A stretch of 64,000 nucleotides of DNA from Erysipelotrichaceae bacterium (GTDB taxonomy: Bacteria; Bacillota_I; Bacilli_A; Erysipelotrichales; Erysipelotrichaceae), in the NCBI GenBank assembly GCA_030528645.1, contig JAUMYM010000003.1, positions 41,521 to 105,520 of the forward strand. The letters are read 5' to 3'. The notes under the pieces are model-generated. The model was given only the letters and a program-made list of their open reading frames with translations, had not been told where the DNA came from and made no database searches. The first letter of the stretch is position 1, and the number at the start of each line of letters is the position of its first letter. Of this stretch, positions 1-8,800 are shown in pieces. The translations under genes and the position numbers were made by a program.

Positions 1-204
1 ATTATGATGTCTTTAAGGATGAAAGAAGGTTTATCTTTAAATGAGTTTAAACGTATATTTCAAAAGGACGTTATGGATGTATATCAAAAACCATTACAAA
101 AATTATTAGAATTAAAGTATTTAGTTATTGAAAATCAATATTTGAAGTGTCAAAACGATAGTTTTCTTTTTCTGCATGATATTTTGATTGAATTTCTTGA
201 TTAA
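1..204 (+). CDS. 3' end of an upstream gene (partial). The C-terminal region resembles the HemW/HemN-like radical-SAM family C-terminal domain.
   Basis: The open frame runs in from the window edge and stops at 204. The motif LSLNEFKRIF and the tail match the HemW-like C-terminal region only weakly. Confidence 0.35.
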   Translation: MMMSLRMKEGLSLNEFKRIFQKDVMDVYQKPLQKLLELKYLVIENQYLKCQNDSFLFLHDILIEFLD

Positions 205-304
205 TTTTACGATAAGTGCTATTATGATATAGCTTTTAATCTAAGTTTTAGGAATTTCCAACCTTTTACTTGGTTTATTAGGTCAATATTTAGGAGGAAA
301 CAAT

Positions 305-571
305 ATGTTAACAAAAGCTGAAAAAACAGCCATCATCAATGAATACGCAAGAGGTACAAATGATACTGGTTCAGTAGAAGTACAAGTTGCTGTATTAACT
401 GCTCAAATCAACCGTTTAACGGAACACTTAAAAGAACATAAGAAAGACTATCATTCAACACGTGGTTTAATGAAAATGGTAGGACGTCGTAAAAATTTCT
501 TAGCATATTTACGTGATAAAGATGTAAATAGATACCGTGATTTAGTTCAAAGACTAGGATTAAGAAAATAG
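305..571 (+). CDS. rpsO: 30S ribosomal protein S15
   Basis: An 88-aa product with a conserved S15 sequence ([18 protein letters not shown]..). A GGAGG ribosome-binding site lies 7 nt upstream. Confidence 0.95.
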   Translation: MLTKAEKTAIINEYARGTNDTGSVEVQVAVLTAQINRLTEHLKEHKKDYHSTRGLMKMVGRRKNFLAYLRDKDVNRYRDLVQRLGLRK

Positions 572-574
572 TAG

Positions 575-597
575 AAATGAGCATTTGCTCATTTTTT
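575..597 (+). terminator. Rho-independent terminator of rpsO
   Basis: The hairpin aatgagc-attt-gctcatt is followed by TTTTTT. Confidence 0.6.
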
Positions 598-670
598 ATT
601 TAATAGAATCAAATATATTATATAGATTTACAATTCATACTATTAAGAGTATATTATAGATATAGTAGAG

Positions 671-1276
671 GTGGAAATGGTACAAGTACTGAAAGCAGAT
701 GTAAAAGATAGTATTGTAAAAGCAGCCAAGAAAGAAATATTAAAAAATGGGTTTGATAAGTTTCGTATGCGTAATATTGCAGATGGAGCTTCGATGACGG
801 TAGGCAATTTATATCGATATTATAAGAATAAAGATGAACTACTAAAACATATTTTAGAGGATGCTTATCATTTAATTAACACAGTGTTAAAACGATATAA
901 TATGGAAACCATTGATTTTGAACATAAACAGATAGATGAAAAACTTATTTTATTGAAAGATTTCATTCTAACTGTTAGCTATGATATTTGTAGTTTATGG
1001 CAAAATCATCGATTGGAAATGCAAATTATGATTAACGATGAAACATACGTAAAACGTATTTTAAATTGGACCATCATATTATTAAAAAAGATTAACAATC
1101 ATTTTAGTTGTAATTTAAAGAGTGACTTATATATTCAAATGAGTGCAATTGCGATTTATGAAGGATTGAAATATGCATTCTTTCATGCGGATTCTTATGA
1201 TGAATTAAGAGAAATTTCCCTTTATTATTTAAAAGAGAATTTCTCAAAATTTATGGATGTTAAGGGAGTTCTATGA
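671..1276 (+). CDS. TetR/AcrR-family transcriptional regulator
   Basis: A 201-aa protein with an N-terminal HTH region (FDKFRMRNIADGASMTVGNLYRYYKNKDELL) typical of TetR. Its stop overlaps the start of the ABC gene (ATGA). Confidence 0.8.
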   Translation: MEMVQVLKADVKDSIVKAAKKEILKNGFDKFRMRNIADGASMTVGNLYRYYKNKDELLKHILEDAYHLINTVLKRYNMETIDFEHKQIDEKLILLKDFILTVSYDICSLWQNHRLEMQIMINDETYVKRILNWTIILLKKINNHFSCNLKSDLYIQMSAIAIYEGLKYAFFHADSYDELREISLYYLKENFSKFMDVKGVL

Positions 1277-1974
1277 GTTTTATTGAATTTAAACAAGTTA
1301 AAAAACATTATCGTAATGGAGAAGTAGATATTTGTGCATTAGAGGATATCTCTTTTTCTATTGAAAAGGGTGAATTGGTTATTATCGCAGGAGCTAGTGG
1401 TGCCGGTAAAAGTACAATTTTAAATATACTTGGGGGTATGGATAATGTTACTTCTGGTAGTGTAATTGTTGATCAGCAAGACATATCAAATAAATCTGAC
1501 TTTGAACTTACAAAATATCGTCGTTATGATATTGGTTTTGTGTTTCAGTTTTATAATTTAGTTGGGAATTTAACAGCTAAAGAGAATGTTGAATTAGCTT
1601 GCCAGCTTTCTAAAGATAGTTTAGATATTGATGATGTTTTACAACGTGTACAACTTTCAATGCGTAAAGCACATTTTCCAAGTCAACTATCCGGGGGAGA
1701 ACAACAACGTGTGGCCATTGCCAGAGCTTTAGCGAAGAATCCTAAATTGTTGTTATGTGATGAACCTACCGGAGCTTTGGATTATCAAACCGGGAAGGCT
1801 ATTTTAAAATTGTTACAAGAAACTTGTCGTAAATATAATATGACTGTTGTGATTATTACTCATAATTTGGCTTTATGTCCAATTGCAGATAAAGTTATTA
1901 AAGTAAAGAGTGGGCGTATTGAATCCGTAGTGAAAAACAATGAACCAATATCAATAGATGATATTGAGTGGTAG
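1273..1974 (+). CDS. ABC transporter ATP-binding protein, MacB/FtsE/LolD-type
   Basis: Walker A ([16 protein letters not shown]), signature ([15 protein letters not shown]) and Walker B ([12 protein letters not shown]) motifs are present. Confidence 0.9.
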   Translation: MSFIEFKQVKKHYRNGEVDICALEDISFSIEKGELVIIAGASGAGKSTILNILGGMDNVTSGSVIVDQQDISNKSDFELTKYRRYDIGFVFQFYNLVGNLTAKENVELACQLSKDSLDIDDVLQRVQLSMRKAHFPSQLSGGEQQRVAIARALAKNPKLLLCDEPTGALDYQTGKAILKLLQETCRKYNMTVVIITHNLALCPIADKVIKVKSGRIESVVKNNEPISIDDIEW

Positions 1975-1975
1975 T

Positions 1976-4900
1976 ATGAAAAAAACCATCTTGAACAACA
2001 CCATTCGTACAATTGTAAAAACAAAATCGCGTTTTTTGTCGATTCTTTTTATTGTGCTTATAGGTGTTAGTTTTTATAGTGGAATACATATGACAAGCTT
2101 TATTATGAGGCATTCAGTCGATGTTTACTATAAAGAAAATAATATGATGGACTATCAAGTTGTATCGAATTATGGACTTGTAAACGAAGATATACAAGCC
2201 TTGAATACCATAGAAGGTTTACATGTATTGCCTGGCTATAGTGTGGATACGCATATTGTTAAGCACCAACAACATATTCCAAGCAAAATAATCAGTATAG
2301 ATATTCATAAACAAACAGAAGCGATCAATCGATTAAGTGTGGTACAAGGACGTTTGCCTAAAAATGCAAATGAAATTGTTTTATTAGATAGTGTATTAAA
2401 AGATGGAATATTTCAACTAGAGGATGAGCTATATTTACCAGAAGATTCATTTTATCAAACTGCTTATCAAGTAGTTGGTTTTGTCAGATCACCAGAGTAT
2501 ATTTCCAAAGTCAAAGGTAAAAATAGTGATGGATTAGATATTGAAGTCATCGGATATATTGATCATTCAAATTTCAAAAGTGATGTCTATCATTTTGCAA
2601 ATCTAATTGTTAATGGCAGTAAACAGTACAATAGTTTTGATAGTGCTTATTTTAATTTTCTAAAACCTTATACAAATCAGTTAAAAGAACTTGGCTATCA
2701 ACAAGCTGAAAGTAGAAAAGAAGAAATTGTTGCAAAGGCAAATGAAACATTAAAGAATGCCAAAGAGGAATATGAAGCACAAAAGAAAACTTATACTGAA
2801 GAAATAGAAAAAGCCAAACAAAAAATTGAAGATGCTAAGCGTGAGATTTTATTAAATGAATCTAAGGTAGAAGCTGGTAAACTTGTATTGGAAAGTACAA
2901 CGCAAGCATCCTTGCTTCAAATCGAATTTTTTGAAAAACAGGTTGTAGAATTACAAGAACAATGGAATGTCTATGAAAGTAATTTTAAACAACAAAATAG
3001 TGAAGTATTAAAACAAAAAGAACGCTTGAACAATGAAAATAAACAACTTGCAGAGCGTTTAACGGAATTAGAGCCTAAGTATAATGAGGTCCAGTTAAAA
3101 ATAGATACAGTAAAAAAAGAGATGGATTCTATTAATGTTCAAATTCAACAACTTAATCAACAATTAAACGATTCCTCTTTGAGTGAAGAAGAAAAAGCTA
3201 CATTAAGATTACAACTATTGGATTTAAATGGAGAGCTTGCAACAAAGTCGGTAGAACTTACAACCCTTCAATTAGACAATCGTTATATGGAGTATCAACA
3301 AATACAACTACAGATTCAAACAAATCTACAAACCATAAAGTTAATTGATGATGGATTAAAAAGTGCTGATACAACCTTAGCAAAGCTACAAGAGCAACTT
3401 GAAGTAGCAAAAGCAAAAGTCGATAAAGCCAAAGAAGATCTTGAAACAAAAAAGGTAGAAGGAGAAAAACAACTGGCAAGCGCTAGGGCCTCTATTGAGC
3501 ATGCAAAAAAAGAATTGGCAAAAGCGCAAGGTGAAGTATCAAAGAATGAAATCAATGGACAAGAACAGTTAGATTTTGCTCTTGATCAAATTACCTTAGC
3601 AGAAGAAAAGATTAAGGCGATTGAAGATGTAACATGGTTTATTTTAGATCGTAGCAAACAATATAGCTATAAAGATTATGAAAGCGCAACTATTCGTATG
3701 GAGAAAATAGCAATGATTTTTCCGGTGTTTTTCTTCTTAATTGCCGCTTTAGTTACCTTAACAACCATGACTCGTCTTATCGAAGAATCAAGATTAGAAA
3801 TTGGGACATTAAAGTCATTAGGGTTCGATTTTAAAACCATTGCCTTTAAATATATGTTTTATGGTTTATCGGCTACTTGTATTGGTTCGATAGTAGGTTT
3901 AATATTAGGTGTTTTTTCCATTCCTAGTGTAATTTATCATTCGTGGAAACTAGAGTATTTATTACCAAACATTCAATATACGATTGATCTAAAAATTATT
4001 TTTATTACGGTCTTTTTATCTATTACGGTGATTTTCCTAACCATTCTTTTATCAATTTATAAAGAATTAATTGAAAAACCGGCGAATCTTTTAAGAGCGA
4101 AACAAGCAGTCAAAGCAAAAACCATCCTTTTAGAACGTATGCCATTTATTTGGAATCGTTTAAGCTTTATTTCAAAGGTAACGATGCGTAATTTAGCACG
4201 TTACAAGAAAAAAGTGATTATGACACTTATTGGTGTTTCAGGGTGTACATCTCTTTTAGTTTGTGGTTTTGGTATTAAAGATAGTATACAAGACATCACG
4301 AAATTGCAATTTCAAGAAATTTATCAATACGATGGGACCGTAACTTTAAAAAATGAATTAACACGAAGTGAAAAACAAACGGTTATACAGTCCATTAAAA
4401 ATATCAAAGGTGTAAAAGACGTTACATTTGTCTCGATGTTCAATGGGAAAGTGAATAATGAAGAAGTAGATGTAATGATAGGTTATGAAGATCAAATAGA
4501 TACGTTCATTCATTTTCGTGACCGTATCACACATCAAACCATTGCATCTTCTGAACCGGGCATTGTATTAAGTGAAAAACTCGCTAAAAAATTAAATGTA
4601 AAGAAACATGATATGGTTACCTTAACAAATAAAGATCAAATTACAAAAGAATTTACTGTTGTTGGTATTGCGGAACATTATGTAGGTCATTTTGCATATA
4701 TTAATCCTCATAGTTATCAGGAGCAATATCGCATGACCATTCATTACAATACTATTTTTGTTAAGGGTCAACAAGAGGAAGTAGTCGATTCCATTAGTGC
4801 TTTACCGGAAGTGTTACATGTAAATTTTTATAATCGTACCATTGAAAATTTTAATAATATGATTCAAAGTTTAAACATTGTAGTGCTTGTTTTAATCGTA

Positions 4901-5272
4901 TCTTCAGCAGCATTAGCCTTTGTTGTATTATATAACTTAACCAATGTAAATATTGCTGAACGTATACGTGAAATCGCAACCATCAAAGTTTTAGGTTTTT
5001 ACAATAAAGAAGTATATAGCTATATATTTAATGAAAATTTAATTCTTGCCCTAGTATCTTCTGCAATAGGGATAATTGTTGGGAAATATCTTCATCAAAC
5101 AATTATGCTTACTGTTGAGTTGGAACAAGTGATGTTTGGAAGAACCATTGCGCCTACAAGTTATATTTTGAGTGTGGCTTTAACAATATGTTTTACTTTT
5201 TTTGTTAATTTAGCTATGAAAAAAAGACTACGTAGTATCGATATGGTAGAATCACTAAAATCGGTAGAATAA
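1976..5272 (+). CDS. ABC transporter permease with tandem FtsX/MacB-type modules and a roughly 320-aa coiled-coil ectodomain
   Basis: The 1,098-aa product has TM1, an extracytoplasmic domain, a long heptad-rich K/E/Q-rich stretch (about 2675..3640) and then two FtsX-like four-helix TM bundles. The alternative start at 1958 overlaps the ATPase gene. Confidence 0.8.
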   Translation: MKKTILNNTIRTIVKTKSRFLSILFIVLIGVSFYSGIHMTSFIMRHSVDVYYKENNMMDYQVVSNYGLVNEDIQALNTIEGLHVLPGYSVDTHIVKHQQHIPSKIISIDIHKQTEAINRLSVVQGRLPKNANEIVLLDSVLKDGIFQLEDELYLPEDSFYQTAYQVVGFVRSPEYISKVKGKNSDGLDIEVIGYIDHSNFKSDVYHFANLIVNGSKQYNSFDSAYFNFLKPYTNQLKELGYQQAESRKEEIVAKANETLKNAKEEYEAQKKTYTEEIEKAKQKIEDAKREILLNESKVEAGKLVLESTTQASLLQIEFFEKQVVELQEQWNVYESNFKQQNSEVLKQKERLNNENKQLAERLTELEPKYNEVQLKIDTVKKEMDSINVQIQQLNQQLNDSSLSEEEKATLRLQLLDLNGELATKSVELTTLQLDNRYMEYQQIQLQIQTNLQTIKLIDDGLKSADTTLAKLQEQLEVAKAKVDKAKEDLETKKVEGEKQLASARASIEHAKKELAKAQGEVSKNEINGQEQLDFALDQITLAEEKIKAIEDVTWFILDRSKQYSYKDYESATIRMEKIAMIFPVFFFLIAALVTLTTMTRLIEESRLEIGTLKSLGFDFKTIAFKYMFYGLSATCIGSIVGLILGVFSIPSVIYHSWKLEYLLPNIQYTIDLKIIFITVFLSITVIFLTILLSIYKELIEKPANLLRAKQAVKAKTILLERMPFIWNRLSFISKVTMRNLARYKKKVIMTLIGVSGCTSLLVCGFGIKDSIQDITKLQFQEIYQYDGTVTLKNELTRSEKQTVIQSIKNIKGVKDVTFVSMFNGKVNNEEVDVMIGYEDQIDTFIHFRDRITHQTIASSEPGIVLSEKLAKKLNVKKHDMVTLTNKDQITKEFTVVGIAEHYVGHFAYINPHSYQEQYRMTIHYNTIFVKGQQEEVVDSISALPEVLHVNFYNRTIENFNNMIQSLNIVVLVLIVSSAALAFVVLYNLTNVNIAERIREIATIKVLGFYNKEVYSYIFNENLILALVSSAIGIIVGKYLHQTIMLTVELEQVMFGRTIAPTSYILSVALTICFTFFVNLAMKKRLRSIDMVESLKSVE

Positions 5273-5536
5273 GCTTTAAGTTGTAGTGTATTTCAAACCA
5301 TAATTTTAAACAATAGAAAATGTGTTTGATTGTAAATTTTGACGAACCTAAATTTATAAAGAATAAATGAAAAAACATAACATTGAAATCAATGAATAAG
5401 ATACTGTTACAACATTCTAGTATGTATAAGATAAAATTGTAAGTGGGATAGTTAATTAAGAAATTTTAAATAAAAAAGAAATTAACAAAGTATTATATAG
5501 AGTGGTTATAAAATTAAGGTTACTTAATAGAACGGA

Positions 5537-5626
5537 ATGCATCGTTTACTCTTTCAAAATTTTAAAAATAGAAATAATTTGGTAATGTCTATTATTTTAT
5601 TATATCTACAATTCTATTTATTTTAA
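5537..5626 (+). other. Possible 29-aa small hydrophobic ORF in the adhesin leader (MHRLLFQNFKNRNNLVMSIILLYLQFYLF)
   Basis: It runs from an ATG to a TAA. The ribosome-binding site (aacgga) is weak and the region is AT-rich, so this could be a chance ORF. Confidence 0.15.
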
Positions 5627-5888
5627 TTGCGGTATGAAAGAAACAATCAAATAAAATTTAACACTTGATTATTTTTAAAAAAATGTTTAAAAATGACTAA
5701 TAATGTGAAAAAAATGTTCTAGTCACTTTTTGTTGAAAATGAATAGTAAATGAATAAATATGCATAATTTTATGTTAGAATACGAAGTTGAATAAATGTA
5801 CTAAATGATTTTATAGTATAAATAAACATTCGTTTTTTAATCAGTAAAAATATAATTAGGAAACTTATTCAAATAAAAGAGGTAAAGT

Positions 5889-8800
5889 ATGTTTAAAAAG
5901 ATTTTTTTAATAGCAATGTTTTTAATCGCATCTATTGCCTATAGATCGATTAGTTTTGCACAAACAGATTCAACTTCAGAAGTAGCGGTAAGGCAAGAAG
6001 CTCCTTTAACTGTGGAGACAGAAACATCGGCGGATAAGGAAACTCAACCAGAAGAAGCTACAGTTACTGAAACAGCAGAAACTTCAGTTGTTGCAGAAGA
6101 AACGGTTGATGCCAATGTTGCCTCTGTTGATGAAGCAGAAGCAAATTTAGATGCAGGTATTTTACCTGCAACGTTAAACGCAACATCAAAACAGTTTGTG
6201 TTTTCAACAAATTTAAATCAACTTATTTCGAATGTTGAAATAAGTGGATTAGTTCAAGATGGACAAGGAAATTATGTTGTAGAACCACATAAAGAATATT
6301 CTATTGACTTATCATTTAGAGAAACTGAAACATTACAGTTTGATATGGGTGATACAGACAAGGAGTTTGTCTATACATTACCAAGTGGATTGGAAGGCAT
6401 TACTTCACAACCAACGAATTTTACCATTAATATCGTCGACCAAAATGGTCCGGCAAGTATTACGGGAAATCAATTTACAGTTGAAAATGGGCAAGTAAAA
6501 GTTCGTTTTAATGTGAATGATCCAAATTATGCTCGTTTAAAATTATTACCAAACGTAGCGTTTGCATTAAGCATTAAAGCTAGCTTTGATGGTACACAAA
6601 CTCAAATTGATTTTGGTAATAATGTTTTATTGAAATTACAATATGAAAACAATGCAAGCTTAGAAATTACAAAATTAGGGAAACAACGTAAGGTTGGGTT
6701 ACCAACAATTGATTATGTAGTGACAGTGAAAACAAAAGGTATTAACCATAATGTGGTGATTAGTGATGCCATTACAGGAACAGCGATTTCACTAAATAAA
6801 GATGTAGTTGTTGAATCAAGCCTAAATGGTGTGTTATCACCTACAATCACTTATAATGAAACAACAGGTGTAAACAAAGGATTTCAGTTCACACTTCCAA
6901 GAACATTAAATAATGAAATTATAACAGTTAAATATTCCGCAGAAGCAGATTTTAGTAAGATTATTGAAAAAGGTAATGACGAACAAACATCCAATACTGC
7001 GATTGCAAAAAGTGATGAAGTAGCACAGGTGGAAGCTTTCCATACATTAAGAAACAACATTGAGACTCTATTGATTGTAAAAACTCATAAAGCTATTCAA
7101 AAGAATCCAACAAATCCTTCTATATTTACCGTTCCTTGGACTATTACAGTAAATGAAAATAAATTAATTGATATGAGTGGAAGAGTTATTGAGGATATTT
7201 TCCGTGCTAGTAGTCAAGATAAGGCGAAATTTACTGGTGATGGCATAGTTATTAAGGTTAGTAAAAAAGATGGAAGTAGTGAAACACGCAATTTAAAATG
7301 GAATGAGAATGGTCTGGTACCTATTAAAAATCAAGACGACAATAATATCGTTGGTTTTAGGTATACAATTCCTGCTACAGATGGATTTTCATCTTATACT
7401 ATAGAAGCAAATTCAGAACTGGATAGTAGTAAGTCGTATGTCAGACTAGTTGTTCAAAATCACGCGAAAATTCTAAACTTAAAGGGAGCCACTGGGCAGG
7501 TTACCATCAATCTTACTCCGGGTGTTGGTCAAGATTTATTAACAGCTAAAAAAGAAGCTGTAAGTGTAAACAGTCAAGAGATTGAATGGAAGATTTCATT
7601 ATCTATTTCAAGGAATGGTTATCCAAGATTAGTTGTTTATGATGATAACAGTAAACGTACGATTGTGGGAAAAACATATAAAGATAAATATATTGCTGAT
7701 TCATTGAAAATAGAAGGATTATATCCTGAAGAGACGTTCAATTTTTTCTTAGACGATGCGGATACAACAGAAGCAAATTCTTTTTCAATTGAGTTTTTTC
7801 AAGATCAAGGAAAAGCTACAAAGGGATTATTACCTAGTAAAGATAATCAAAGTCGTAATTTAATTATCACGTATAAAACAAGGGTTAACCAAGAGCTTTT
7901 AAGAATTGCACACGATCAAGGGTATACAGATACAAATGCCATTCACTTTAACAATATGTCAGCTCGTGTAACATTTGATGATTATGTTGCTGCAAGTAGA
8001 ACTGTAACTCCAAAGTTACAAACTATAGAAAAGAAATACACAGTAACAGATACAGCAACAATAGCGGGAGAAGCATATCCGGTATATAAATATGAAATTG
8101 TATTATCAAATCCAACAAATGAAACAGAAACCATTTTAGATGCCTTTGATGTGAATTATTTGAAATATTACGATGTAAATGGAGTGGTAATTAAAGGTGG
8201 ACCGACAGCGGAAGAACAAACAGTTGTTGGTGGAAATGCAACCGGTGAAGCAACGGTTGATGGTATGAAAATTAATATCCATGAGTTTCCAAAAAATGCC
8301 GGAAAATTATATCCATTCTATAAAGTAGAATATTCATTAATTGTAAAAGATAAAGCGGCTTTAGATGCGTTAAATGCCTTAGCGATTAACGCGCCGGAAG
8401 GATATCCATTAACAAATACAGCAACATGGAATGGATTAACAAGCCAAGTAACAGAAGCGAAACATACACATTTTCCATACGTTGATAAAAAGCTAGACTT
8501 AAATCCAAGTTCAGCAAATGATTATATTGCCGAGTTTTCAATTGTAGTAAATAAATTTGGGCAAGACTTAATTCCAAATGCCAATGCTTTAAGTATATCT
8601 GATACTTTATCAGATAGCTTACGTTTCATCCCGGAATCAGTGGTATATGAACCAGCAGTAAACGCAACTTACAATTATGAAAACAACGTTTTAACATTCA
8701 ATGATTTACCGGATAATCAAAAGATAACAATTAAGTATAAAGCAAAAGTATTAGGAAAAGGACTTGTAAACTTTACAAATACAGCAAAATTCTCAAACTT

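Noticed and set aside
599-670. A possible TetR operator palindrome in the AT-rich tetR promoter region
   Set aside because: There are several imperfect AT-only inverted repeats (atatattatatagat, tattaagagtatattatag). None is clearly distinguishable from background in 80%-AT sequence without a comparative alignment.
3258-3555. Two antisense ORFs (73 aa and 79 aa) inside the coiled-coil region of the ABC permease gene
   Set aside because: They lie fully inside a well-supported + strand CDS. Their low-complexity Leu/Ser-rich translations mirror the K/E-rich sense strand and they lack ribosome-binding sites, so they are spurious.
8386-8577. Pairs of identical antisense ORFs (8386..8577 = 13403..13594; 9743..9997 = 14760..15014)
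   Set aside because: Their identity is simply a by-product of the 2.42 kb direct repeat inside the adhesin genes. They are antisense to strong CDSs and are not independent genes, but they were useful for fixing the repeat offset at 5,017 bp.
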